From positions 64,074-128,073 of the forward strand of contig JAGNSU010000002.1 of NCBI GenBank assembly GCA_017987895.1: DNA of 64,000 nucleotides, given 5' to 3'. The notes beneath the pieces were generated by a model, which saw only the letters and a list, made by a program, of their open reading frames with translations, did no database searches and had not been told where the DNA came from. This document shows, one piece after another, positions 24,993-33,833 of this stretch; position 1 is the first letter of the stretch, and the number at the start of each line of letters is the position of its first letter. This DNA comes from Flavobacteriales bacterium. Lineage in GTDB: Bacteria; Bacteroidota; Bacteroidia; Flavobacteriales_F; PHOS-HE28. A program made the translations under genes and the position numbers.

Positions 24993-27137
24993 ATGAAAGC
25001 TCTCCGCGCGTGCGTTACCGCCCTCTTCCTTGGGTGGTGCGCCGCTTCGTATTCCATTGGCCCCGGTCCGGTGGACTTCCATGATGATCGGCGGCGACTT
25101 CCCATAGGAAAGAGCCTGGAGATCTTTTCGGACACCACGGGCTCCATGGACCTGGAGGACGTCATCCGGGTGGACCGCTTTGAGGCCCTCGGCATGGACG
25201 TTCCCAATCTCGGAGTCACCAGTTCCACCTTCTGGGTGCGCACATTGGTGCGGAACGAAAGCTCCTATGACCATGTCGTTCTATCCCTGGAATACGCGGA
25301 GATCGATGCGCTCGACCTGTATCTATCCATGGATGGCAGGATCCAGCGGTTGGCCGCGAAAGGTCAATCCGTACCTGCCGCGATGCGCTCGGGCGCCGAC
25401 CCGGAGTTCGCGTTCGACCTTCCAATTCCGAAAGGGCGCTCTGGACAGGTGTTCATGCGTATGCGAAGTACCAAGCAGCTCCAACTTCCTATCGTGTTGC
25501 GCACACCGCAGGAACTTACCGCGAACCGCTCGCGCCGGAACCTGATCCTCGGCGTCTACATCGGCATCATGGTGGTGATGGCGCTGTACAACCTCTTCAT
25601 CTTCTTCTCGATCCGGGACAAGAGCTACTTGTACTACGTCCTGTACATCCTTAGCGTGACCTCCACGCAACTGGCGTTCACCGGCATCGGTCCGTTCTAC
25701 TTGTGGCCCGGCAACACATGGCTCTCCACGTCAGCAACGGTGATCCTCACCCTATGCACCGCAACGCTGGGCTTCGAATTCGCCAGGCAGTTCATCCATA
25801 CCCGACGGCACACCCCTCTTTTGCATCGCATCGGCCCGGTATTCTATATCCTGTTCGCCGGTTGCATCTTCCTACAGCAAACGGGACAGGCCGTGATCGC
25901 CTACCAAATGGCGCAGGGCCTCTCGGGGATCTCGGCCCTCTATGTGCTGGCCATGGCGTTCCTGGCTTGGCGACGCGGCTCGCGACAGGCTTTCTTCTTC
26001 CTTATGGCCTGGAGCGCGTTCCTCATCGGTGTGGTCGTGTTCGTGGTGAAAGACCTTGGCGCACTTCCCTACAACGATCTTACGACCTACACCATGCCGA
26101 TCGGTTCGGCGATCGAGTGTGTCCTACTGAGCTTCGGTCTCGCCGATCGCATCAACATCCTCCGACGCGAAAAGGAACAGTCCCAGGCCGAAGCATTGCG
26201 CATATCGTTGGAGAACGAACGCATCATCCGCGAGCAGAACGCCATGCTGGAGGTGAAGGTGACCGAGCGCACCCTCGCTTTGCAGGAAAGCAACGATCAT
26301 CTCAAGCGCACACAGACCCAACTCGTGAACGCGGAGAAGATGGCCTCGCTCGGTCAGCTCACCGCGGGCATCGCGCATGAGATCAACAATCCGGTCAACT
26401 TCATCTCAAGCAACATCCCTCCCCTGCGCAGGGACATCGGTGACGTGCTGGAAGTGCTGGCGGAGTATCGAGAGCGGGGATCGAAGATCGATGACCCTTC
26501 GCTGGCGGAACTGCGCGCCAAGGAAAAGAGCCTTGACCTGGATGGTTCCATCACCGAACTCGATGCCATCATCCGGAGCATCGAAGAAGGCGCGGGCCGT
26601 ACGGCCGAGATCGTACGCGGACTTCGGAACTTCAGCAGGCTCGACGAGGACGACCTGAAACTCGCTGACCTGAACGAAGGCATTCAGAGCACGTTGCTCG
26701 TTCTCGCACCGCAGCTCAAGGAACGCGTACGGATCGATCTGGACCTGGAGGCGCTTCCCCCGGTGGAATGCCACCCCGGCAAACTGAACCAGGTTTTCAT
26801 GAATATTTTGAACAACGCCGTGCAGGCCATCCTCGAACAGCAACGCTCCGATGAAGGTCGAGTGCAGGTGAGTTCCCGCGTGGTCGGCGACCAAGTGGTC
26901 ATCAGCATTTCGGATGATGGCCCAGGCATATCCCCAAGCGTGATCGGGAAGATCTTCGATCCGTTCTTCACCACGAAGGACGTGGGTGCGGGCACTGGCC
27001 TCGGCCTTTCGATCGCCTTCAGCATCATAGAGAAGCACCACGGCAAGATCACCGTGGACAGCATCCCTGGCGGGGGCGCGACTTTCCATGTGACCCTACC
27101 CCTAGCCCAGACCAACGAGGCCCGCAAACGCGCCTAA
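24993..27137 (+). CDS. 7TMR-DISM family sensor histidine kinase
   Basis: 714 aa. It has a signal peptide, an extracellular domain, a ~7-TM block (residues ~190-400), the H-box AGIAHEINNPVNFI, and an HATPase with DDGPGI and GAGTGLGLS. Confidence 0.9.
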   Translation: MKALRACVTALFLGWCAASYSIGPGPVDFHDDRRRLPIGKSLEIFSDTTGSMDLEDVIRVDRFEALGMDVPNLGVTSSTFWVRTLVRNESSYDHVVLSLEYAEIDALDLYLSMDGRIQRLAAKGQSVPAAMRSGADPEFAFDLPIPKGRSGQVFMRMRSTKQLQLPIVLRTPQELTANRSRRNLILGVYIGIMVVMALYNLFIFFSIRDKSYLYYVLYILSVTSTQLAFTGIGPFYLWPGNTWLSTSATVILTLCTATLGFEFARQFIHTRRHTPLLHRIGPVFYILFAGCIFLQQTGQAVIAYQMAQGLSGISALYVLAMAFLAWRRGSRQAFFFLMAWSAFLIGVVVFVVKDLGALPYNDLTTYTMPIGSAIECVLLSFGLADRINILRREKEQSQAEALRISLENERIIREQNAMLEVKVTERTLALQESNDHLKRTQTQLVNAEKMASLGQLTAGIAHEINNPVNFISSNIPPLRRDIGDVLEVLAEYRERGSKIDDPSLAELRAKEKSLDLDGSITELDAIIRSIEEGAGRTAEIVRGLRNFSRLDEDDLKLADLNEGIQSTLLVLAPQLKERVRIDLDLEALPPVECHPGKLNQVFMNILNNAVQAILEQQRSDEGRVQVSSRVVGDQVVISISDDGPGISPSVIGKIFDPFFTTKDVGAGTGLGLSIAFSIIEKHHGKITVDSIPGGGATFHVTLPLAQTNEARKRA

Positions 27138-27140
27138 GCG

Positions 27141-28667
27141 ATGAACAAGGATCGGATCAAAGTGCTCTACCTGGATGACGAGGAGGGCAACCTGGTGGCC
27201 TTCCGCGCCAACTTCCGCCGCGATCTGGAGGTCTTCACCGCGACCACGGCCGAGGAGGCCCTGGCCATTCTGGACCGGGAACACATACCGGTCGTTATCT
27301 CCGATCAGCGCATGCCCCTGGTCACAGGGGTCGATTTCCTCGCACAGGTCAAGCAGCACCATCCGAACTCCATTCGGATGCTCCTTACCGGTTATGCCGA
27401 CATACAGGCTGTGATCGATGCGGTGAACAAAGGCCGCATCTATGCCTACGTGACCAAACCCTGGGATGCGAACGACCTTCTACTGCGCATCCAACAGGCC
27501 TATGAAGTGTATGGTCTGCGTGCCGACCGCGACCGCATGTTCCGGCGCTACGAGCAGGTGTTCGCCTCTTCGGGCGATCCGATCGTGATCGTCGACGAGA
27601 AAGGACGGATCCATGAGGTCAATCCGGCGACGGAGAAACTGTTCGGGATCGATCGTGCGCAGCTGCTGGCCCTTCCAATGAACGATCTATTGGATGACCC
27701 GGGATCCCTGCAGCGCTCCCTATCCGGCAGGCGGCGCGGGCGAGCCTTCCAGAACGTGGACCTGACACTACGCACTCCTTCCGGCCATACGGTGGACGGC
27801 CTGCTCACGATCAACTATCTCGGCCTGAACGAAGCTGGCGACCGCTTGTTCCAAGCCATCATCAAGGACATCACGGACCGGCGGCAAGAAGAACAACGGC
27901 TGGTGAAATTGAACGCGGACCTTGACCGCCGTGTGGCCGTGCGCACCCGTCAGCTACTTGAGGCCCTGGAAGACCTGGGCTCCTTCTCCTATACGGTGGC
28001 CCATGACCTGCGCTCCCCTTTGAAGAACATACTCGCCCTGAGCGAACTGGTGAAGGAACAGAGCGCGAAGAGCGACCCGGCCCAACAAGAGGTCACCGAA
28101 CGCATCCACCGCGGAGCCTCGCGCATGATCGACCTTGTAGATGACCTGCTCCGATTCTCCCAGAGCAATAACCGCGAACTGCAATGTGGCGAGGTGCGGT
28201 TGCGACCATTGGTACAAGAGGTGATCGACGAGATCCCCAACGCCGCGCACAAACCCTCCCTAAAGAACTCAGTGCCCGAGGGAACCTTGGTCCACGCCGA
28301 CGCCGCGATGTTGAAAGTGGTTCTGGTGAACCTGCTCTCCAACGCTGTGAAGTTCACACGACAAGTGGAGAACCCCGCGATCGAGGTGGGCAGCGAAGCC
28401 GAGGAAGGACGCACGCGGTTCTGGGTGCGGGACAATGGAGTGGGCTTCGATAGCACAGGCAGCAAGGCCGTGTTCGGGGCGTTCAAACGCATGCACCGGG
28501 CCGATCAGTTCGAAGGCAGCGGAATCGGGCTCGCCATAGTTCAGCGCGTCGTCAACAAACACGGCGGCGATGTGTGGGCGGACAGTACCGTAGGTAAAGG
28601 CACCACCATCACCGTCCAGTTACCGGACAGCGTCCCCGAGCAACGCCAACTTCTTTTCGCTTCCTAG
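27141..28667 (+). CDS. Hybrid REC-PAS-histidine kinase
   Basis: 508 aa. REC domain (VLYLDDEE, SDQRMP, LLTGYAD, VTKPWD), PAS-like region, H-box VAHDLRSPL, and HATPase (DNGVGF, GSGIGLAIV). It starts 3 nt after the upstream stop. Confidence 0.9.
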   Translation: MNKDRIKVLYLDDEEGNLVAFRANFRRDLEVFTATTAEEALAILDREHIPVVISDQRMPLVTGVDFLAQVKQHHPNSIRMLLTGYADIQAVIDAVNKGRIYAYVTKPWDANDLLLRIQQAYEVYGLRADRDRMFRRYEQVFASSGDPIVIVDEKGRIHEVNPATEKLFGIDRAQLLALPMNDLLDDPGSLQRSLSGRRRGRAFQNVDLTLRTPSGHTVDGLLTINYLGLNEAGDRLFQAIIKDITDRRQEEQRLVKLNADLDRRVAVRTRQLLEALEDLGSFSYTVAHDLRSPLKNILALSELVKEQSAKSDPAQQEVTERIHRGASRMIDLVDDLLRFSQSNNRELQCGEVRLRPLVQEVIDEIPNAAHKPSLKNSVPEGTLVHADAAMLKVVLVNLLSNAVKFTRQVENPAIEVGSEAEEGRTRFWVRDNGVGFDSTGSKAVFGAFKRMHRADQFEGSGIGLAIVQRVVNKHGGDVWADSTVGKGTTITVQLPDSVPEQRQLLFAS

Positions 28668-28673
28668 GCTCCG

Positions 28674-30410
28674 CTACGGCTGGACCAACCGGAGTTTGAG
28701 GCCCGGTAGCTCATCGATCACGATCGAGTAAACACCGCTCGTTAACCGGTGCGTGGCGATCTCCAAACGATCGGACAGCGACGAGATCCGCTCCGATCGC
28801 GCAACTCGTCCCGCGGCGTCTAATATCGAGATCCGGTAGCTGCCCGGGGCCATGCCGACCAATATCACTTCTTCCCCATTGGAGGGATTCGGGACCAGTT
28901 GCAACTGGGTCGCATGAGGTGAGCTCACCGACGTGGCTATGAACGTGTATACGCCTTGCGGATCGGCCCCGTGCGCCAAACCTGTAATGCTCGGCGTGTT
29001 CGCATCGAGGGTCACGACGTAGTAACTGAGCATCGGAAGACCCGGATGGTCCACCAGGATCCGATAGGTGCCGTGGGGGACGTTCTGGAACTGGAACACG
29101 CCATCGGCATCGGTGCGCACATAGCCAGCCAGCGTCGCAGCGGGCCAATGTTCAAGTGCGATGCCCTGATCCGGCCACGGGTCTCCAGGACCTTCGCTGC
29201 GCACAATGCCCAGATCGCCCAGATAACCTTCCAGATAACCGGTTCCGCTGAGGTTGCCCGTGCTTACCAATTGGATATCCGCCACCATGGTGGTATCGCA
29301 AAGCGCATGCACCACATCGGCATAACCCCAGTAGTAGGTGCTGGTGTGGTAGCTCGTCGCTGTACCAGGATAGAGCCCACCATCCGGGATGGCGCGCACC
29401 AGGTACTGACCGATGGGTTGTGCCGCGAACGCATAGTCCCCGTTCGTGCCAACAGCGACCGAATCGATGCGTATGGAACCTGTGGCGTTGAGGCCGTATT
29501 CGTAAAGCTCCACGCCCCCTGCCGTCACCGGCGCAGCGAGTGTGTCTTTGACCGTACCGCTGATCTCTATGTTACCGGCCGGGCAGTTCACCACCCATAT
29601 CTGTAGATCACGTCGGCTGCGGCCCACAACAATGCCGTTGCGCCATTCCTCGACCTGATAGGCCACAACGTAGTCGCCCAGCATGTTCGGAGTAGAACAA
29701 TGGTTGCCGGTCGTGGGGTCGAAGGCGTGGCCAGTTGCTGAGGGGAACGGATCGGACGGATCGAAGCCTGCTACGTATGGCACCGGGGCGCTACCATCGT
29801 GCAATGGTTCGACCATCTGATAAGTCAATGAATCCCCATCTGGGTCATAGCCCGCATTGGCTATGCAGAGCGGCGTGCTCAGACATACAAATGGTCCCGT
29901 GAAGTCCTGGTAGATCGGAGACGAATTCCCTGGCTGGTTCAGGTTATCCAACGTGGCGGACACGTAGAGATCATAAGTGCCTGCGTTCATAAGGTTGGAC
30001 ACCTCGTCGCGTCGGCAACACCAATGCCAGGATAGTATCCAATCCGCACAGGCCGAGAGCGTGATGGTATCCCTGTAATAGTGCAACCGGGCTCCTGGAT
30101 AGGAGCCCCCTTCACAGGTAGTCAACTGTCCCATGCAATTGATAGAGATCCCAACAGTGTCCGTGAGCACGATGTCCGTGTTGAACCCAGAGCCACAACT
30201 CGACTCGCACCATACGGACTGTAAAGGGTTGAGTACCGAGAAGGAGCAGTCGCTCAACACCGCAAGGCGCAACTCATAGTCGTTACCACCCAACCATGTA
30301 TAGGTGAGTTCTCCCCCTATCAAATGATTGGATCTCACCGGCATCGCGTGAAGAGCCGCCGTGAAAACAGCGATACATGTAAAGGGGCGAACGAATATGG
30401 AAAGGCGCAT
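28674..30410 (-). CDS. Secreted Cys-rich adhesin-like protein with carboxypeptidase-regulatory-like domains and T9SS C-terminal domain
   Basis: The ATG at 30410 gives MRLSIFVRPFTCIAVFTAALHA. The HLIGGELTYTWLG module is typical of gliding-associated surface proteins. The C-terminal LQLVPNPSNGEEV...GVYSIVI is a CTD. Confidence 0.8.
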   Translation of the reverse strand: MRLSIFVRPFTCIAVFTAALHAMPVRSNHLIGGELTYTWLGGNDYELRLAVLSDCSFSVLNPLQSVWCESSCGSGFNTDIVLTDTVGISINCMGQLTTCEGGSYPGARLHYYRDTITLSACADWILSWHWCCRRDEVSNLMNAGTYDLYVSATLDNLNQPGNSSPIYQDFTGPFVCLSTPLCIANAGYDPDGDSLTYQMVEPLHDGSAPVPYVAGFDPSDPFPSATGHAFDPTTGNHCSTPNMLGDYVVAYQVEEWRNGIVVGRSRRDLQIWVVNCPAGNIEISGTVKDTLAAPVTAGGVELYEYGLNATGSIRIDSVAVGTNGDYAFAAQPIGQYLVRAIPDGGLYPGTATSYHTSTYYWGYADVVHALCDTTMVADIQLVSTGNLSGTGYLEGYLGDLGIVRSEGPGDPWPDQGIALEHWPAATLAGYVRTDADGVFQFQNVPHGTYRILVDHPGLPMLSYYVVTLDANTPSITGLAHGADPQGVYTFIATSVSSPHATQLQLVPNPSNGEEVILVGMAPGSYRISILDAAGRVARSERISSLSDRLEIATHRLTSGVYSIVIDELPGLKLRLVQP

Positions 30411-30557
30411 GTGCTCGGGGAATAGTGCCGGCAAAGTACTTGGAACCCCGGAACATGCTCCGGCCGTAGGACATGTAACCCTTGCGATCCATGACCCGTA
30501 GCAACACCCACCCCATGATCGGAACACCGGGCCCGCACCAAGCATACCCTACGAACC

Positions 30558-31085
30558 ATGCGACACATTCTACTAGCCACCGGGATCCTGCTCTGCCTTT
30601 CACAGGTGGCCCAGGCCCAAGCGAAAAAAGGGAAATTGGTCGACCGTCGTGACCAAGCCGAAGGATGGTATCTGCCCATCCATGGCCAAGTGATGGTGGA
30701 CGGCAAGGCCGTCGACGGCTATTCGGTCGAACTCTGGAAAGGCGATGAACGCCTCGGCGATGTGGCCGTGCAGAAAAAGGGCGACTTCCATCTGGACCTT
30801 GATATCGACAATAACTTCTTGATCCGGGTGAAGAAAGAAGGGTACGAGGATAAACTCGTGCTCATCGACACCAGCCTTCCACCCGATCTGGTGACCTATC
30901 CGGACTACGAGTGTTACGTGAACTTGATCCCGCGCGGTAAGACCCAAGGCGTGGATCCCTTCTACACGGATTTCCCTTCCGCGATCGTGCGCTACAGCGT
31001 TGATATGGGCGGATTCTATCACAGCGAGCACTACCTCGAACACATCCAGACGAAAGTGGCGGGTTACGCCCAGGCCAGTTTCTGA
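30558..31085 (+). CDS. Small secreted protein carrying the carboxypeptidase-regulatory-like module shared with the 7472-11365 and 56049-56582 genes
   Basis: 175 aa. Signal peptide MRHILLATGILLCLSQVAQAQ. IHGQVMVDGKAVDGYSVELWKGDERL...FLIRVKKEGYEDK aligns by eye to the other two modules. Confidence 0.7.
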   Translation: MRHILLATGILLCLSQVAQAQAKKGKLVDRRDQAEGWYLPIHGQVMVDGKAVDGYSVELWKGDERLGDVAVQKKGDFHLDLDIDNNFLIRVKKEGYEDKLVLIDTSLPPDLVTYPDYECYVNLIPRGKTQGVDPFYTDFPSAIVRYSVDMGGFYHSEHYLEHIQTKVAGYAQASF

Positions 31086-31142
31086 TCCAACGAAACTCTT
31101 CCCGCCTTACAAAACGAACCGAACAAGGCAGGGAAGATCGAG

Positions 31143-31166
31143 AAGGCGGGCCCGTAAGCCCGCCTT
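31143..31166. terminator. Bidirectional terminator hairpin between convergent genes
   Basis: AAGGCGGGC / CCGTAA / GCCCGCCTT. It is followed by a T/C-rich run on both strands. Confidence 0.55.
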
Positions 31167-31192
31167 TCCTCGTTCCTAGCACTGTCGTTCCA

Positions 31193-32275
31193 TCAATGCT
31201 GATCGTAGTCGATCACCACGCGCGCGCTGCGTGGATGCGTCTGGCAGGTGAGCACGTAGCCATCCGCCACCTCCTCGTCGGTCAGGGCGTAGTTCATCTC
31301 CATCTCCACCTGGCCCTCAAGGACACGCGCCTTGCAGGTGCAACACACAGCACCTTTACAGGCATAAGGCACGTCGAGCCCGGCATCGATCGCCACTTCC
31401 AGGACCGGGTCACCTTTAGAGCCCATATGTAGCGTATGGCGGCGACCGTCCAGCACGATCTCCACCTCCGCCTGGCCGTTGAAGGCCGTGCTCGTAGCGT
31501 GCGACACTTCCTTTTTCGCTTCGGTGGTCACCGGGCTCGTGAACAGTTCGATATGCACGTGCTTCTTATCGATGCGTTGCTTCTCGAGCGCCTCGCTCAC
31601 GCTCACCATCATCTGCTCCGGTCCACAGATGAAGAACTCCTTCCGCAAGTCATCGTTCACGAAACGTTGCATTAGTTGCACGGCCTTGTCAGTAGTGATC
31701 CTTCCGTTGAAGAGCGGGTCGGTGTTCCGGCCCTGGCTCAATACATGATGAACGGTCAATCGGCTACCGTGTTCGCGGACCAACTCGTCCAGGCGCTCGC
31801 GGAAAATGATCCGGTCCGTATCCGTATTGCCATAGAACAGCGTGAAGCGGCTCTTGGGTTCCGCCCGCAGTACCGAGGACAGGATGCTCAGGATCGGGGT
31901 GATCCCGCTGCCGGCCGCGAAGGCCACGAAATGGCGCTCTATGCTCGCATCGAAAGGGGTGTGGAAGTGGCCCATCGGCGGCATGACCTCCAGTTTGTCG
32001 CCCACCTTCATCCCCGCCACGAGCCGGTTGGATGCCCGTCCCAGTGCCACCCGCTTCACCGCGATACGGATGCTCGCCTCCTCGAACGGACTGCTACAGA
32101 TCGAGTAGGAACGGCGCAACTCCTCCCCGTTCACGGACAACTTCACGGTGAGGTACTGGCCAGCAAGAAAGGTGAACTCCTTCCTCAGTTCGGGTGGCAC
32201 TCGGAGCGCGACGGATACCGCGTCAGCGGTTTCCTGCTTCACATCAATGACCTCCAAGAAGTGGAACCTGGACAT
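31193..32275 (-). CDS. paaE: Phenylacetyl-CoA epoxidase reductase subunit (ferredoxin-NADP reductase-like with C-terminal 2Fe-2S)
   Basis: The ATG at 32275 gives MSRFHFLEVIDVKQE. RSYSICS is an FAD motif. C-terminal CKGAVCCTCKARV is plant-type ferredoxin-like. The upstream 387 codons of the 747-aa track ORF are antisense to paaA. Confidence 0.9.
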   Translation of the reverse strand: MSRFHFLEVIDVKQETADAVSVALRVPPELRKEFTFLAGQYLTVKLSVNGEELRRSYSICSSPFEEASIRIAVKRVALGRASNRLVAGMKVGDKLEVMPPMGHFHTPFDASIERHFVAFAAGSGITPILSILSSVLRAEPKSRFTLFYGNTDTDRIIFRERLDELVREHGSRLTVHHVLSQGRNTDPLFNGRITTDKAVQLMQRFVNDDLRKEFFICGPEQMMVSVSEALEKQRIDKKHVHIELFTSPVTTEAKKEVSHATSTAFNGQAEVEIVLDGRRHTLHMGSKGDPVLEVAIDAGLDVPYACKGAVCCTCKARVLEGQVEMEMNYALTDEEVADGYVLTCQTHPRSARVVIDYDQH

Positions 32276-32299
32276 GTTTAACGGCTTCGTTTCTGGCGG

Positions 32300-32307
32300 C
32301 GAAAGTA
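32300..32307 (-). promoter_or_regulatory. Candidate -7 box TACTTTCG for paaE
   Basis: CGAAAGTA on the + strand, 24 nt upstream of the paaE ATG. The same octamer precedes the MBL gene at 51738-51745. Confidence 0.3.
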
Positions 32308-32406
32308 GCTCTTCACCTCGCCCGGTCGCGATGGTCGAGCACCCCACCCGGCCATCGCGTACCCGCGACCTGAGCAAGATCAGCCTTCGTGCGACACGTT
32401 CCGGAG

Positions 32407-32414
32407 TATTTTCG
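32407..32414 (+). promoter_or_regulatory. Candidate -7 box TATTTTCG for paaA
   Basis: A TAnnTT(C)G variant 20 nt upstream of the ATG at 32435, in the divergent paaE/paaA spacer. Confidence 0.3.
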
Positions 32415-32434
32415 CCCACCAACCGCGCTAGCCG

Positions 32435-33376
32435 ATGTCGGATACGACCAAACTCGAAGCACTCTTCCAGGCGAAAGTCGATACTGAGCAGAAGATCGAG
32501 CCGAAGGACTGGATGCCGGAGAAGTACCGCAAGAACCTGATCCGCCAGATTAGCCAGCACGCGCACAGCGAGGTGGTGGGCATGTTGCCCGAAGGCAACT
32601 GGATCAGCCGCGCCCCCAGCCTGAAACGCAAGGCCATCCTGCTGGCGAAAGTGCAGGACGAGGCAGGTCACGGCCTCTACCTGTACAGCGCCGCCGAAAC
32701 CCTCGGCACCAGCCGGGAGCAGACCATCGACGACCTGCTGAGCGGCAAGGCCAAGTACAGCAGCATCTTCAACTACCCCACCCTCACTTGGGCCGACATC
32801 GGGGCCGTGGGTTGGTTGGTGGACGGTGCCGCGATCATGAACCAGGTGATGCTGTGCCGCACGAGCTACGGACCCTACGCCCGTGCCATGGTGCGCATCT
32901 GCAAGGAGGAGAGTTTCCACCAGCGCCAGGGCTACGAGATCATGGCCGTGCTGGCCAAGGGATCGCCCGAGCAGAAGGAGATGGCGCAGGACGCCCTGAA
33001 CCGGTGGTGGTGGCCCAGCTTGATGATGTTCGGCCCCACCGACGCCAACAGCCCGCACAGCGCCGAGAGCATGAAGTGGAAGATCAAGCGCCAGAGCAAC
33101 GACGAATTGCGCCAGACCTTCATCGACCGCACAGTGCAGCAGGCCGAAGTGATCGGCCTTACGATCCCCGACCCGGACCTGAAGTGGAACGAGGCCACTC
33201 AGCACTACGACTGGGGCGGGATCGACTGGGCCGAATTCAATAGCGTGGTGGCCGGCAACGGTCCCTGCAACAAAGAGCGGCTGGCCGCACGCAACAAAGC
33301 GCACAACGATGGTGCCTGGGTGCGCGAAGCAGCCATGGCCTACGCGGCGAAAAAGGCGAAACGGAAAGCAGCCTAA
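32435..33376 (+). CDS. paaA: 1,2-phenylacetyl-CoA epoxidase catalytic subunit A
   Basis: 313 aa. Di-iron ligand pattern: QHAHSE ... DEAGHG ... EESFHQ. Confidence 0.93.
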   Translation: MSDTTKLEALFQAKVDTEQKIEPKDWMPEKYRKNLIRQISQHAHSEVVGMLPEGNWISRAPSLKRKAILLAKVQDEAGHGLYLYSAAETLGTSREQTIDDLLSGKAKYSSIFNYPTLTWADIGAVGWLVDGAAIMNQVMLCRTSYGPYARAMVRICKEESFHQRQGYEIMAVLAKGSPEQKEMAQDALNRWWWPSLMMFGPTDANSPHSAESMKWKIKRQSNDELRQTFIDRTVQQAEVIGLTIPDPDLKWNEATQHYDWGGIDWAEFNSVVAGNGPCNKERLAARNKAHNDGAWVREAAMAYAAKKAKRKAA

Positions 33377-33380
33377 CCTG

Positions 33381-33419
33381 GATCGAAGCACCCGTACCGT
33401 CGACCCACTGGGTCGACCT
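33381..33419. repeat. REP-like palindromic element copy 1 (GATCGA..CGTA.CGTCGACCCAC.GGGTCGACC)
   Basis: GTCGACCCACTGGGTCGAC at 33399-33417 in the paaA-paaB spacer. About 31 of 38 positions are shared with the copy at 36766-36803. Confidence 0.6.
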
Positions 33420-33435
33420 TGAACGCACCGGAACA

Positions 33436-33729
33436 ATGAGCGACAATCCCAACAACTGGCCTCTCTGGGAAGTATTCATCCAGAGCAAACGCGGGCTCGA
33501 CCACAAGCATGTGGGCAGCTTGCACGCCGCCGACCCACAGATGGCGATCGAGAACGCACGCGATGTATACACGCGCCGCCAGGAGGGCCAGAGCATTTGG
33601 GTAGTGCCCGCCGCCGCCATCAGCGCCAGCCAGCCCGACGATGCCGCCATGCTCTTCGATCCCGCCGACGACAAAACGTACCGGCACCCGACCTTCTATA
33701 CGATGCCCGAGGGCGCGAAGTACATCTGA
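33436..33729 (+). CDS. paaB: 1,2-phenylacetyl-CoA epoxidase subunit B
   Basis: 97 aa. WPLWEVFIQSKRGLDHKHVGSLHA is typical of PaaB. Confidence 0.93.
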   Translation: MSDNPNNWPLWEVFIQSKRGLDHKHVGSLHAADPQMAIENARDVYTRRQEGQSIWVVPAAAISASQPDDAAMLFDPADDKTYRHPTFYTMPEGAKYI

Positions 33730-33805
33730 ATGTGGTTGTCTGTTGTTGGTTGTCAGAACGGCTGTCGCGCATTTCCCGCGCGCCCCACGTGAGACAGGAC
33801 AACAG

Positions 33806-33833
33806 CCAACTGCCAACTGACAACTGACAACTG
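33806..33833 (+). repeat. Four tandem heptamers CCAACTG CCAACTG ACAACTG ACAACTG abutting the paaC ATG
   Basis: Read directly. The ATG follows at 33834. A complementary GTTGT-rich arm lies at 33731-33756, just after the paaB stop. Confidence 0.8.

Noticed and set aside
32276-33436. 387-aa N-terminal extension of the paaE ORF (31193-33436)
   Set aside because: It is antisense to paaA, which has unmistakable di-iron motifs. The paaE homology starts at MSRFHF (ATG 32275).
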